NCBI GenBank assembly: GCA_973895155.1
Contig: OZ316897.1
Span: 2,991,416 to 3,055,415 of the forward strand
DNA length: 64,000 bases
Direction of reading: 5' to 3'
From: Marsupella aquatica
Lineage: Eukaryota; Plantae; Marchantiophyta
Shown here: piece after piece, positions 18,801 to 32,697 of the stretch
Layout of the letters: every line of letters starts with the position of its first letter
How positions within the stretch are numbered: position 1 is the stretch's first letter
The notes under the pieces: model-generated
What the model saw: the letters and a program-made list of their open reading frames with translations, nothing else
Told to the model about the DNA's origin: nothing
Database searches by the model: none
Program-made: the position numbers and the translations under genes

Positions 18801-20048
18801 GTGGGGCCTACCTACTAGCCCTAATAGGAGTGGTTGTGACCCGTCTCAAACCAAGAACTCCTCGGGCTAAGTTTATCCAAGTTTATCCAAAAGTTGAATT
18901 TGGATCTACAGGATTACAGACAAATTTCCTGCAGCTATTGACCAAAGCAAACAGGAAAATGGTTGGTTTGAGATGCTATAATAGGGCATCTCAAAGCCTG
19001 CCTTAACAAGATAAGTAACTGCTGTAACTCAGTAACTCCTGTAATTCCTGTAACTCAAACTGTAATTCCTGTAACTCAAGTAATACCGGAACTCCCCTAA
19101 AAGTATAGGAGCCAATCTTCGACTATACTAAAGAAACCCCCCTGGCTCAGTACTTAACCCTGAATTTTCGTGCAACTTTAGATGGAAATCGATCGAGTAC
19201 TCAACTTTAGATGGAAATCCTGAATTAGAGTACTCCAGAACTCTAAAAGACCCTCCAAGTACCTAAAGTATTGCATGGATGGATTGTTGGGTTGTCGTTG
19301 CAGCTACAATGGACCGTAATACGTGCACGTCACGATTTACACCTGTGCAAAATGCGCTGAACCGGCTAAGTATAAATATAAAGTTTTGTTCACAATCTTC
19401 TTCAGGGGAGACGTCCCGATGCTCATCGAGCTTTTAGAGTACTGTATAGAACTTCTGTTGTTCGTATCTACAACATTGAGCCTAAACGCTGGATCCTACA
19501 TTTGTCCGTTGCAGCCTGAAATCAAATTAAGATAGAATGCTCTTCTGGTGCTCTGTCCAGATCGTCGCTCTCTCTCTCCCTCTCTTGTCTATCATTCAGC
19601 ACTCTACAATTTATTGCATCGAGCTGTTGTTGAGTTCCAGATTCCCAAATTCATTGCCGTCTCTCTCTCTCTCTCTCCCTCTGTCCCTCCCTTCTTCATT
19701 TTTCAGCAGTAGTACAATTATTGCATCGAGCTGTCCCTGAGTTCCCAATTCGCAATTCCCAATTCATTGCCGAGAGTCAACTCCCAACTAGCGAAGGAGC
19801 TCAGTCTGTTCCTGACGAGAGTTCACGAAGAAACGCGAACATTTTCACTTCAGCTTTCCTGCTTGCTTGCTGGCCTATTAATCGAGGATCGTTGCAGCAG
19901 CGTGCAAGCAAGCACGACCGGGAACAACAAGCAAACAGAGAGACAGTGTCCATTGTTGGGCCCCCCTTGAGACAGTGTGCATTGTTGCTCCCCCTTTTTG
20001 TATGTTGGCTATTTGAATGGAATTCATGTGGTTATTTCGAGACGAAAA

Positions 20049-20098
20049 CAAGCAAGCTGAGAGATTCACCAAGCAAGCTGAGAGATTCACCAAGCAAG
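20049..20098. repeat. 21-bp tandem repeat x2.4
   Basis: caagcaagctgagagattcac repeated. Confidence 0.9.
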
Positions 20099-21823
20099 TA
20101 GGCGCAGGAAGAAAGTTTGACAGAGAAACCTTCTGCTCTGACTGATAACGGGCATCACCCAGGCATGACATTAGGGTCCATTTACAGCTTGCTTTTCAGT
20201 AGTAGGGGTAACCAGTATTATCGGAGAATATTCAAACAATTTCGTAAAGTCCATCACGGTTCGGGTGGTCCATGGGGACATCAGGGACACCCTGAAGGTC
20301 TATCTATCCTGGGATTACTTTCCAACAAACACCTAATTTTTGTATTGATGTGTGTATTGTTCCTAGGCTTTACCTCATGAACCTAGGCATATTCCGGCCT
20401 GGCCTAAAGATTCTCAAATTTGAATGGGAAGGTTCAATTGGTAAATAGTCAGGCAGACAATTTTGCAGAGTAAAAGTGAACTCATTTGCAGAGTAAAAGT
20501 GAACTCAATATTTCAAAATTTCATTTGGGGGTTACCCTCATTAATTCATTCCCACTTGGGGACAATAGGGAGTGTCAAAGCTCTCCTGTAAAATGTTACC
20601 GCTTAATTTTTTTGGATGTACCACCCTTATGGGAGACGCATACTGGTCACCCATAAGGATTGGCTGTAAGTTCATTTTATGTCCTGAGCAGTAACTCAGG
20701 TACAATTGTGCTTTGACACACCCTAGCTAATGGGTGATAACCTCCTAAGGCTCACGGCCCTCGGGATTACATACCATTAGGGCATGTTAGGCGGGTGTCA
20801 GAACAGTGCCGTAAGCTAAGTCTTATGGCTGAAAGGTTTTGGTTGTATGTCGCCCTCCAGACATGCCCTGTTACCCCTAGGCCCACCACGCCCCGACCCC
20901 CCCCCCCCCCCCCAAGAGGGATTACTATACTCACTACAGTACTAAACCAAATAAATGTAAGGGGTCGGGTGTTAAAAGTTGGGAAAGTTGAATTATTTCG
21001 AATATGAATTTAAGGGTTGAACCTTCAATTTCAAATTGTGAAAAACAACGAGCATGCTCTCACAAAATAAATAAAAATACAACTATCACTAAAACAAATT
21101 GGGCATTGTGAGTAGGTGAGATGGCTTCTCTACAACGGGAACTAGTCAATCATTGAGTGGCAAATTGGTTTTCATACTTGTTTCTACTTCCTACGTGTTC
21201 AAGGTCAGATGACAGCTCTATAAGGGGAAGTCAAACATTGAGACTGTGCCAAAGTGGTTGTTGCCACTGCATTCCTACGTGTTCGAGCTCATCACTTTCC
21301 TCAGTCTCCAAGGGAACGAGAGACTATACTGACTGTGGAATGGATTGATCCAGATCTGAAAGCATTCCAAGCTTTTGATTCGAACACAGTTGCTTGTACG
21401 TCACAACGTAGATGTGCATCGCCTACACACAACCTCCATCTCTACTACTGATCGAATCGTTGTGAGAGTGAGTTTTAAATTTTGAGTGTGTTTTCAGGCG
21501 GGGTTCCAGGTCAGATCGGATATTATGTGGATCAGATCAAGGCGGCGAAGCAGGGTCTGAATGTGTTCACTTTGAATCTATTTAACTCGAAACGAGAGTG
21601 AGTTCCTTTCATTGCAATGCTTGACAGGATGATGCTCGATTGACTAAATGCTTGCTCAAAGCCTGTCTCGTCTCCATCATCCGATTTGCATTGCTATCGC
21701 CTCAGGCTGTCCCATAATTTTCTCCCGGAGGCTGAGCAAGATACTAATTATTTAGCGATAAGGAAGATTTCTTAGGGGGGAAGCAGTGAGCTAGAGGAAA
21801 GGGGAGCTGGCTGCATAGCGAAC

Positions 21824-23689
21824 ATGGCTGTGGGCACTGCTGTAGCAATCCATGTAGTGCTGCTATATTTGCACATTGCAATTCCTGGACTAGTAGGCTA
21901 CGAGCTGTACAAGGATGCAAGCCAGCTCACGGAGGCGAGAGTACAGGATCTCATGGAGCGGATGACATTGGCTGAAAAGATTGGGCAGATGATGCAAATC
22001 GAGCGCACGGTGGCTACCAATAATCGTGTACACAAGTACATGGTGGGAAGTGTGTTAAGTGGGGGAGGCAGTCATCCCAAGCCGAACAGCGTTCATTCAT
22101 GGCAGGAAATGGTGGACGGGTTCCAGAAGCAAGCTATGTCTACGCGGCTGGCAATCCCCATGATATACGGTGTGGACGCCGTTCACGGTCACAACAACGT
22201 GATTGGAGCCACAATTTTCCCTCACAATGTCGGTCTGGGAGCGTCAAGGGACCGAGATCTGGTGAAGAGAATCGGCTCAGCTACAGCTCTCGAGGTCCGA
22301 GCGACTGGCATTCAATATGCGTTCGCTCCCTGCATTGCCAACTGCCGAGACCCGCGCTGGGGTCGCTGCTACGAGAGCTATGGCGAAGACACGGATCTGA
22401 TCCGGAACATGACTGATATTATTCTGGGTCTTCAAGGAGAACCCAATATCGAGGCGGCTGGAGTTCCTTTCCTCCAGGACCACACGAAGGTGGCAGCTTG
22501 CGCGAAGCACTACGTGGGAGATGGAGGGACGACGGACGGGATCAATGAGAACAACACCTTGATTGACTACAACGGGTTGGTGAATATCCATATGGCTCCC
22601 TACGTCGATGCAATTGCCATGGGAGTCAGCACTATCATGATTTCGTACTCGAGCTGGAACGGAATCAAAATGCACGCCAATGAGTTTTTGATTACTGAAG
22701 TTCTCAAAGGGCAGCTAGGTTTCAAGGGATTTACCATCTCAGATTGGGAGGGACTCGACCGAATTACCAGCCCTCCGCTTGCCAACTACACCTACTCTGT
22801 TCTTGCTTCAATCGGTGCTGGCCTTGACATGATCATGGTTCCCTTTGACACTGAAGCCGCCATTAATAACTTGACCATGCTCGTCAACTCGGGATACATC
22901 TCGATGGAGAGGATCGACGACGCTGTGGCTCGGATTTTAAGAGTGAAGTTCTCCATGGGACTCTTCGAGAGCCCCTACACTAATAAGTCTCTCAGTAACG
23001 AACTGGGAAAAGCTGAGCACCGGGAATTGGCAAGAGAGGCAGTGAGGAAGTCTCTTGTACTGCTGAAGAATGGCAAGATTCCAACAGCAAAACCGCTTTT
23101 GCCTTTGAGCAAGAGTGCCCGAAAGATCATCGTGGTGGGAACTCATTCAGATGACATTGGTCTGCAGTCTGGAGGTTGGACTGTTACGTGGTATGGGTCG
23201 AGTGGAGCCACAACCCCTGGAACGACCATTCTTGAGGGAATCAAAGCTGCAGTCAGCCCGGACACAGAAGTAGTACACGAAGCGTGCCCACTCCCTGGAT
23301 GGGCAGCCAAGCAGGAGGCCGATTATGCTATAGTGGTTGTGGGAGAACCTCCGTACGCTGAAAGTAGCGGGGACGATCTCAACCTCTCGCTTCCTTTGGA
23401 GTCAATTTCCACCATAGAAAATGTCTGCCCAGAGGTAATGTGTCTGGTAATCCTCATTACTGGAAGACCAGTGGTCTTCGAACCTTACGTGCCTTTGGTC
23501 GATGCGTTGGTTGCAGCGTGGTTACCTGGCACTGAAGGGAATGGTATAGCCGATGTTATTTTCGGTGACCACCAATTCGTAGGCAAATTATCGAGGACGT
23601 GGTTCAAAACTGTCGACCAGCTTCCCATGAATGTGGGAGACAAACATTACGATCCTCTGTTCCCATACGGATTCGGGTTGACATATTAA
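21824..23689 (+). CDS. Secreted GH3 beta-glucosidase / beta-D-glucan exohydrolase, single coding exon, 621 aa
   Basis: Hydrophobic signal peptide; [45 protein letters not shown]; nucleophile ISDWEG; acid/base region GEPPYAE; C-terminal [11 protein letters not shown]. Confidence 0.97.
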   Translation: MAVGTAVAIHVVLLYLHIAIPGLVGYELYKDASQLTEARVQDLMERMTLAEKIGQMMQIERTVATNNRVHKYMVGSVLSGGGSHPKPNSVHSWQEMVDGFQKQAMSTRLAIPMIYGVDAVHGHNNVIGATIFPHNVGLGASRDRDLVKRIGSATALEVRATGIQYAFAPCIANCRDPRWGRCYESYGEDTDLIRNMTDIILGLQGEPNIEAAGVPFLQDHTKVAACAKHYVGDGGTTDGINENNTLIDYNGLVNIHMAPYVDAIAMGVSTIMISYSSWNGIKMHANEFLITEVLKGQLGFKGFTISDWEGLDRITSPPLANYTYSVLASIGAGLDMIMVPFDTEAAINNLTMLVNSGYISMERIDDAVARILRVKFSMGLFESPYTNKSLSNELGKAEHRELAREAVRKSLVLLKNGKIPTAKPLLPLSKSARKIIVVGTHSDDIGLQSGGWTVTWYGSSGATTPGTTILEGIKAAVSPDTEVVHEACPLPGWAAKQEADYAIVVVGEPPYAESSGDDLNLSLPLESISTIENVCPEVMCLVILITGRPVVFEPYVPLVDALVAAWLPGTEGNGIADVIFGDHQFVGKLSRTWFKTVDQLPMNVGDKHYDPLFPYGFGLTY

Positions 23690-25966
23690 ACAGCCGAATG
23701 CACATAGGCAGAGAGACCATCACAGCACTGTAAGAGAGAAGAATTACGCGAGGGAGTTGGAAGTATATTGCAGGTAAACCGGAATTAATGTTTGAATTTG
23801 GGAAATTATGCACTGTAACGAAATGTTATTTCTCAATAAAGTTGTGAGCTCACGATGTGTGCATTAGCATGTCTGTCACGGTGTACTGCAAATTCAAGTC
23901 ACTCCGAATAGTACGTTGTGCCCATTGACTCCCAGTTTTTCTCTGCAATAGTCAGGTACACGAAAATTCCTGTCGTAGAAATAAGCTCGAACTTTACCCA
24001 CCAAGCCGAATCATCGTTTCTGCCTAGCGCAAGATGACACAGTTAGCAGAATTAACTCGATATAAGCTTTCTCATTACTCATATTACCTCGGCGATGCTA
24101 AATTATCGATCCCTGTGCTTCTGTACATGTTTGAAGCAACTCCGATTTGTAGCCAGAGACTCTCTCCCTAATTTGACCAGATCCGTCTACTTAGAAGCCA
24201 ATTCAGTTGGCAACGTCGTATAATATGCATGCAACTCGATAGTGGAAGGCACGTACTATGCATCATTCTTGAAGCTACCCATTCACAATTTGATCGCCAT
24301 TCAGCAGCAGCTGCAATAACTTCAAGCTCGACAGTCGCATAAGTTGCGCATACTAGCTCACAAAGCTGCAGCTCAGCAAGTCAGACAGCTGGGGACTCCC
24401 GCGTACCCTTTCCCTAATCTAGCTCAGGACCAGATGTATACAACAGAAGCCTGCAGCTAAAAATAGCTGGAGGTGTCCCACTATCATGTCTGAAAGTTTG
24501 CGGATGCTCTTTTCATGTTGGAGGGCCAAAGCAATGGGCCACAATTACGTTGATGGAGCCAACTTGCAATATACTGTACATGCATGATGGAGTTCCCCTT
24601 TTCTTTAGGGCACTTGGAGGGTGATTAAAAGTCAAGAAAAATATTCTGACGTTACAACAAAAACAAAGAGAGAAAGTTAACTGATAAAGTAAATGATCAC
24701 AAATCAAATTATCACTAAAATAAATTCATCATTCTGTGCAGGTCAAGTGGATTCTCCGTAGAGTGTAGCATGTTCATCCTGAAGAGAGGAGAGAGGAACT
24801 ATGCTCATGACTGGCATGGATCTGGTAGATCTAGCTGGCTGGCGTTTCCATTCTAATTTCTGAAGTGGCTGAGCTGCTCTTATAATTTCTGAAGTGGCTG
24901 AGTCTACAGTGTGCACTATCCTTTGTGCTAACGTATTGATGTATTCAATTCTAATTATATAGTTAATACCATTTTGCACAACCTTTCGTCTTCCCTGCAG
25001 CTTTCAAATGCCAATTGAAAACAAGTAAAAACCAACTATGTGGAGTCCAAGAAAGAGGCTAACAGTGTAGACTGTATTAGTTTGAAGTATTAGATTTGAT
25101 AGAAAAATGTAATTTTGAATAGAAGTGTAGCCCCTATGCTTAAGTCTAGCTGCACTTGTCCCCTCATTTAGATGAGATACATTAGCAGATCTAGCCCATT
25201 GGTGGGGATGTTCAGTGGAAGTGGTGTCAACATGAGTGACTTGGCCAGACAATAGACTGAACAATATGAGAAGTCAGAGAGTAACCTTGACAAGTGAATT
25301 TCAAGCCAGGAGTGGAGCTGCTGGGAGAGCAACAAGTTTGGTGTGGAAAAAGTGCACAATGGCAACTTCAGGTTCATCTCATGGATAAGACAGAATGTCA
25401 CTATAATCCAATGGCCAGGCTCATCTCATCGTTAAGACAAAATGTTACCATAATCCAACCACCAGGGAGGCTCCCTGGTGGTTACAAAAGATTATTTAAA
25501 TAAAAATTGCAAGTTATAATAAATATCATTAATTTGAAAGCACTTTCGTTTGCTGCCACACGTTTCATTTATTACATAGGATGGGACAAGAGAAAAGACC
25601 ATGAGATGAGGGAGAACAAGATGAGATGGGAGAGGAAGGAATTTGTCCCGTTCCAGTTGGAAACTCTTTATTGAGAGCCCTCTATGTGACTTCACAAGTT
25701 TCTTTGTACTAGATATTTTTGCAAGATTTACGTAAATTGGCATATTTTTTTTTCTGTATATAAACTTTCTATTCCGAAAGCTTCTTGCCCAGACTGACTA
25801 AGTGACTTCGCCCATACCATGGATACAACTAACATTCGTGCTTTGGAAGAGCTGTGAGTATAGTTTTCATGGTAATGTCCCCACCCTCTCATGACCATAC
25901 ATTCTCTGGTATAATTATATATATAACTGATAACTGCAAAGGAAAAAAAATGCTTAACTTGGAGAT

Positions 25967-27115
25967 ATGATCTCAATGGCCAGAAATTCAATCAAGGGGG
26001 AAAACAAAGGTCAAAAGAGGGAAAACCAAAGACTGAGTAAGAAAACCCAAAAACCTGATCGGCAAAAGAACCAAAGCAACATGATCCCAATGGCCAAAAA
26101 CTCAATAAAAAGGGGGGAAACAAAGTTCCAAAACAGGGATAACCAAAGAGTCAAAAAGCCCAAAAACCTGAAAGGGAAAAGAACCAAAGCAGACATGTAT
26201 CCCAATTGCCAAAAACTCAATAAAAAGGGGGAGAACAAAGGTCAAAAACAGGGAACACCAAAGAATCAAAAGGCCCAAAAACCAACCAACTGGCTTTGAT
26301 CAGTTGGCCAGGGGATTACCTAGAACCACAAGGTCCCTGTTCAATCCCCCCTCCACATGCAAGGGTTGTGGCATGTGTGTGTGGGGAGGTCCCTGTTCAA
26401 TTATCCCCCCTCCACATGCAAGGGTTGTGGAGTGTGTGTGGGTGGGGTGTTGTGGTGGGAGTCCTTGTTTCTCCTTAGTCCCTGGCTGGTTTGATTTGGG
26501 GCTCTGGTTCAACCCTCTTTCCCTCCTGATCTGGGTATCTCTTGGATCCCTGGGTATGACCCCCTTGTGGGCAAGGAGGTCTCACCGGGTCTCTCTAGTA
26601 TCCCCAGGGTATGACCCCCTTGTGGGCAAGGGGTCTTCCCTGCAGAGGTGCATGCTCCAGAGTTGGTAGTCTATTATGTGTTGGATGGGTCAGCTTTTGG
26701 TTTTAAAGGCCAAAAGAAAAAGCCCAAAAACCCAAAAGGCAAAAAAACCAAGAGAACCAATTAAAGCTCAAAGTTCAGCCTGTCCCACCATGTCCATCAT
26801 GAGGCCCTCTCTTCTGCGGGTTTAGAGGCTGTACTACTTTCAGATTCCTTCTTATCACATACCCACTGTATGGGACCTTGTCGGTCCTTGATCACTGGCC
26901 GGTCTTTGGGAGTGTGCTGCTCCTGTTGTAGTTTCCAAATTGCTTGTTTGGTTGCCTTTCCAGGGCCCAGCTTCTTACCCACTGTATGGGACCTCGCCAG
27001 TCCTTGATCACGCCAGTCTTTGGGAGCATGCTTTCGGAGTGTGCTGCTCCTGTTGAAATTTCCAAATTTCTTGTTTGGGTTGCCTTTCCGTGGGCCCGGC
27101 TTCTTACCTGGGTCC
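25967..27115. repeat. Block of stacked imperfect tandem repeats, probably the interior of a non-autonomous element
   Basis: ~115-bp A-rich unit x3 (25967, 26081, ~26196); ~57-bp unit x2 (26331-26440); gggtatgacccccttgtgggcaagg x2; ~115-bp unit x2.3 (26860-27115). Confidence 0.75.
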
Positions 27116-28306
27116 CGGCACATCTACCTTTGGTCCCCCTAGGTTGTTGTCCTCTTTTTGGGGCACCCCCCTTTTGTATGTTGGCTAATTGAATTGATTT
27201 TTTTGGTTTTTTCAAGGAAAAAAAAAAGAAAAGAACCAAAGCTCTAATGAGCCACTTACTGAAACGCTGGGAAGGAGGTATTTTATAATGCAAGCAAACA
27301 AGTATTTTGTTAGCCATGAGAGTGTTGTTAGCTACACACTAGTGATTTTAAATTTCTTTTGCTTTTTCTGCCTTTCATATATACTTTCATATATAATGTG
27401 TTCATTTATGTATCCAGATGGCTAGCAAAAAGAGGCGTCCCAAAAATGTATGTTATCAACCACTTTCTTGTTAGCGAGGCGATTGGAGATAGAAAAATCA
27501 GGGTCATGTGAGTAAAAAAAATTAGTGTCGCTGGGAAGACCTCCGGGGTGAAGAACATAGTCTGTCGCTCGCTTACAATGGGTACCAATTTTGTCCATCC
27601 CTTGTTCCTTGACGAGACTCTGTGTGTTTCGAGTGCATGCCGTCCTTAGTAGTTCATGAATCAATCAATCAATCCACTTACTGCTGTAACGAATGATTCT
27701 GTCGCCCCTCCCAATTCTGTGCCTTCCGACCCCTTTCGAACATTCGATTGCTGTCTATCTTCGCAACCTAGACGAGAGTAAAGGTTGCCGTCATCTGATG
27801 ACCTCTGCCCTGGCGGACATTCTGCTCCACCGAGCTAATAAGATAATCTCCCTTGGCCACCTGCCCCATTCCAAATGTATGCTGCTGACATTTCGTGTAA
27901 TCGCTTCAACGAAAGGAATAGAGACGTTGCTGTCTTCAATCGTTTGGATGAGAATCACTAATTTTCACTTCGAATGGGGTTGAGTAGTTTAGTAATCAGC
28001 ACCGTAGTCTAGTTCAGTTCCGGTCCAAGCTGCAGTGGAGCCGTCCGAGACTTGTCATTCAAGATCTGGAAAACGAGCCATGTGGTCATAATCATGTTGG
28101 AGTTGTCGTGGAAACATTCTGGGGTGTGCCATGAGCTTGAACGAGCTATTTACTGTTCCAGAGGCGTCATCAGTACAGTATTGGGCTCGTCAGTTTGTGC
28201 ATTCTGGAGAGAAGAACTGTGGAGAATGGACTCTTTGGATAGTTTCTAGCTGATAGCCGGTTCTTTAACGGTCATCTGGGCTCACGGAATAGGATCGAAG
28301 ACGAGC

Positions 28307-31300
28307 ATGGATCCTCCCTGGAGCGCCATTCGGCTGATTCGATGGGCAATACTGTTTCTATTGCTACTGTTTCCTCTGGACGGTGAAGCGCAGCAGCTCT
28401 GGCCACAGCCGCAAGTGCTCTCTGTTGTCACAGGCGGTCAGGCGCTTGTCCTCAGCGCGAGATTCACAATCAATGCCCCCGACCAGACTGAAATTCGCTC
28501 AGCTGCAAGGCGCTACACGAGGCTGATCAAGAAGGAGCGATGGCTGCCGATGTCAATTGTCCTGGGCGGACCATCAGTGGGCTCGAAATCGACCCACGAG
28601 TCATCATTCTTAGAGAGCTTAGAGGTATCGGTGGCAAACCGCAGTGCCGATCTTCAGCACGGCGTGGACGAATCTTACAAGCTCGTCGTGTCCAGCTCTC
28701 CGGTGAAGGCTGTGCTCACGGCGCAGACAGTATGGGGCGCCATGAGAGGATTGGAGACGTTCTCTCAGCTGGTGCGCCGTGAAACTGGCCATAGAGGCAA
28801 CGCTCGTTTGATTATCGACAGTGGAGTGGTGATCGAGGACTATCCGCTATACCCTCACCGCGGAGTGCTGTTGGACGTGTCCCGCAACTTCTACTCCGAG
28901 AAGGACATCAAGAGGACGATTCGGGCTCTCAGTTACAACAAACTGAATGTGCTGCACTTGCACATCACTGACTCGCAGTCCTTTCCTCTGGAACTCGAGT
29001 CCGAGCCGGCGCTGTCTCGTGAGGGTTCTTATCGTCCTGATTTCATCTACACGAAGAAACAGATTGGGAAGCTGATTGGATACGCCAGGAATTACGGTGT
29101 TCGCCTCGTTCCAGAAATTGACACTCCGGGTAAGTAAGGCCTTAATGCCAATGCACAATAATTGATAGGACATCGCATTCTCTGGCTTGCTCTGGTATCA
29201 TGGCTTGTCAACAGATAGGACGGGATTATTTAGTGGCTTGATCAAAATAATAAAGCAAGTCAGCTCAATTTCATCCAATTGAACCCTGTCTACACTGAAT
29301 GTAAAACCGGTCTATCACATTTTGGTTCAGCCTAGTGAAAGAATTGAACTCCATTTGAATCGTTCTTTGAGACATTTGGGTATGGAACCTCTGTTCCGTG
29401 TTCTACATACTCTGAACGGAGACTCCACACCACAGTTTCTGAGGAAACTTTGAGTGGCCAACTGTAAGAAGCCGGCTAATGTTACTGGAAGATGATCTCT
29501 GCGTACAATGGGTATTCAGAGAATATCAAGGGCATCTTGTTAGTTTATCAGAGCGATGCTTGTAGCGTTGTGCTTGAATAATTTGGACTAAAGAAGATTG
29601 AAGAGGATTGCAGTACTGTCTATGGCCCCTGTCCTTTGGCAGCTGGGAATGTCAAGGACTCTAATCAATCAATCCAATTTGTATCTAGCCAGGTCCATTT
29701 GCAGCTATGGACGTAAATTGGGCGATGATTTATGAGACGGCTGTTTTTTAATTGTGCAGGACACGCTTTGTCATGGGGCGGGGCTTACCCTGAAGTTGTC
29801 ACATGCATGAACAAGTTCTGGGCCGCAGGATTCGCTTCAGAACCAGGAGCAGGGCAGCTCAATCCACTCCTGCCGAAAACGTATGAGGTAGTCAAGAATG
29901 TCATCACAGAAGTGGCTTCTCTCTTTCCAGATGGCTTGTACCATGCTGGAGGCGATGAAATCAATGCTGCCTGTTGGATGGACGACGCGACTGTGCGGGA
30001 ATACATCAATTCATCCAAAGCCCCATCCAATGACAGCGCTCTTGGCGATCTTCTGACAAAGTAAGTTCGGCGCTATCTTTTCATCTATGCAGTTGAATTG
30101 TTCCCATCGTCCAAGAGTTTCCTCTGCCACAATGCAATGCAATGCAATGCAATGCAAGTGAGCAAAGTAGCAAATTTCAGGTTTGGTACGACCCATCGTC
30201 AATCTTTCTTTTTAAAAGGAGGGGCATAAGCCTCTCGATAGCACAGCCAGAGGGCAACAGCCGGCAACGCAGCGACCCAAAAGCCCCTAAAGAGAACCTA
30301 ATCTGGTCATGAGACATTAGCGAACCAAGTACCCATCAATCGTAGCACTAGAAATCTCCTGAGGAACCTTTCCTGTTCTAAATGGTCATCTTCAGGAAAA
30401 TTGAGGCCATGTTCATAGGTTCAGCTGAAAGCCGTCCTAGAAGAATTGTATCCAGCACTTCTGTTTGACAGGAATCAATTAACAAAAGCAACACACAGAA
30501 GTCACTGATGCTTGCGAATGTGGACTTTGTGAGCTTAGTGTTTCCGAATTAAATGATCCCATCCAGCATCCAAACAAACTGTTTTGTTTGTTTTCCCTAA
30601 GGTTCACATCAGCTAACGGGCTAGAATCATCGATGTCGAATCCATCTCACGCAGATTCATCAAAGAGACGCGTACTTACATCGACGCGCAGAAGAAGACT
30701 GCTGTGTATTGGGAGGATGTGTTGCTGGACGCTAAAATGAACGTGAGCGCATCCGTGCTACCGAAGGAGACGACCATTTTGCAAACCTGGAACAATGGAC
30801 CGATCAACACTAAGAAGATCACACAAGCAGGGTATCGGACGATAGTCTCGTCTTCCGATTTCTATTACCTGGATTGCGGCCACGGTGGATGGGTGGGCAA
30901 TGACTCGAGGTACGACCAGAACTTCAACGACGATTCGACCAACACGTTCAACTATGGTGGCGGGGGAGGGTCATGGTGCTCGCCGTTCAAGACGTGGGCC
31001 AGAATCTACAACTACGACATTGCGGTGAACTTGACGAGCCAGGAGGCTGCGTTGGTGATGGGCGGGGAGGTTGTGCTGTGGTCGGAGCAAGCAGACGGCA
31101 CTGTTTTGGACGCCAGACTGTGGCCCCGGAGCTCAGCGATGGCGGAGAGTTTGTGGTCTGGAAATAGGAATCCCTCCAATTCGACAAGGAAGCGCTATGC
31201 AGACGCCATTGTTCGCTTGAACGATTGGCGCTACCGCCTGGTTAAGCGTGGTATTGATGCTGAGCCTCTACAGCCGATGTGGTGTCTGAAACAGCCGGAG

Positions 31301-31318
31301 ATGTGCTATCTCTCGTAA
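28307..31318 (+). CDS. GH20 beta-hexosaminidase (HEXO2-like), ~595 aa; exons 28307-29129, 29760-30060, 30655-31318
   Basis: Signal peptide; [40 protein letters not shown]|H; catalytic HAGGDE; [31 protein letters not shown]. Splice phases are consistent. Confidence 0.96.
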
Positions 31319-31905
31319 CGGCTCCGACATAGACGATTCCTTTCATTCACTTAGTGATCCGCAGCTGTATCCACATTCAGCTACGGACTCTTCATCCCCA
31401 CATTTCACTGCGCCTGAGATTGATTGAGGTCAGTTCCGTTCTGGCCAACAGGCAAGATACTAATCGGATGCGCGAATATGTCCAGTGGATTCCTCCCATT
31501 TTGTAAATTTGTGCTCCGAAATTGAAGATCCCTTTATAAGACTTGTTACACGACCGAATGCGTCATTCTATCCTAACACGACTGTGAACTAACTCATCTA
31601 CTCGAGACAGGTATGAGAATCTACTCGTTGCACTTCGTCTTTGCACCAATTCATTCAGCTTTTCTATTTCCAACATTGTTGAAACATTCACAAACCTCCG
31701 GTGGAAAATCCTGTCTCCAAATTGCCTCTCATTGAAAGTTACAACTACACATCTACGATTTGCTATCTTAAAAAATACTTCCTTTTAACAAATTCTTTCT
31801 CACCTGCTCTTCGAGTATGGAAATCGGAAGAAATTCTCATTCGCCAGAACATCAACACCTGTGCAGTTGCGTGGAGGGCTGACGGAACATTCGATAACTT
31901 CCCTT

Positions 31906-32121
31906 TAATTAAAAATTGTTGTCTTAATGCTGAAAGAAAGACCTCTGCCTTTCTGAGTCGCTCTCTTCTTAACCTTTCGAAAAATCCTCTGCCATTTAAT
32001 CGGGCGCTCTCATTCTGCCAGAAAGTACTCCGCGTATTTGATTTGCTCTCTCAATATGCTGAAAGGAAGGCCTCTCTGCCTATTTGAAGCGCTCTCTTAT
32101 GCTGAAAGAAAGTCCTCTGCC
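31906..32121 (-). repeat. Degenerate ~43-bp minisatellite (about 5 units) straddling the stop codon of the SHIPPO-repeat gene
   Basis: Plus-strand units end in ctctgcc at ~31949, 31993, 32080 and 32121; atgctgaaag(a/g)aag and gctctc recur. Confidence 0.7.
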
Positions 32122-32697
32122 GAAAGCGGTGGACAAGTCCGAGTAGCTTCCGGGTCCGGGATTCATGTCTTGCTGGCTCACCAGCGCTCGCACTTTGGGA
32201 GCGATGGAGAAAGATGGCCCTGAGTTCTTCATGCTCAGATCGTAAGTACCGGGCCCCGGAGAATAGCTTCTCTCGGTCTTTCTCAAGCTGGATCTCGATC
32301 CCATACTGAATGACGGGCCCCCTGGCTTCATGTTGGCAACGTTGTAAGAGCCAGGGCCCGGGAACCGTGAGATTTTGTTTGCAGCACATGTGGTGTATGC
32401 CGAATAGTGTCGACCATTGTCCGGTGTTCTCTTGCCGCCATTGAGGTATTCTTGTGACTGCTCCCACAATTCGTTGTCGTTGTGGTACTCCGCCGAGACA
32501 TCATGGTCCTCATGCCGAGACAGCCGAGATCGCGGGTAGAGTGGCGTCGTTGGTTTCGATAGAGCAGCTGTTGGTTGTTGAGCGCTGCCTCCTAGATGTT
32601 GGTTCTCGTCTTGGTGTTGTCTGACCCTTGTGGAGCTCGGGGAACCGGCCGGAGGAAGGGGCCCGGCGAGCTTCTGTTGAGTCGGTCTCCCTGCCAT
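32080..32697 (-). CDS. ODF3/SHIPPO-1-like (sperm-tail PG-rich repeat) axonemal protein, 205 aa
   Basis: Three PGPGxY repeats (FPGPGSYNV, SPGPGTYDL, NPGPGSYSD), each followed by a (P/L)SFS(M/I) segment. Confidence 0.8.
   Translation of the reverse strand: MAGRPTQQKLAGPLPPAGSPSSTRVRQHQDENQHLGGSAQQPTAALSKPTTPLYPRSRLSRHEDHDVSAEYHNDNELWEQSQEYLNGGKRTPDNGRHYSAYTTCAANKISRFPGPGSYNVANMKPGGPSFSMGSRSSLRKTERSYSPGPGTYDLSMKNSGPSFSIAPKVRALVSQQDMNPGPGSYSDLSTAFGRGLSFSIRERFK

Noticed and set aside
25967-26299. 110-aa Lys-rich ORF
   Set aside because: Product of an A-rich tandem repeat
21824-31318. GH3 plus GH20 as a functional glycan-degradation cluster
   Set aside because: Only two common hydrolases adjacent; no evidence of a shared pathway or regulation
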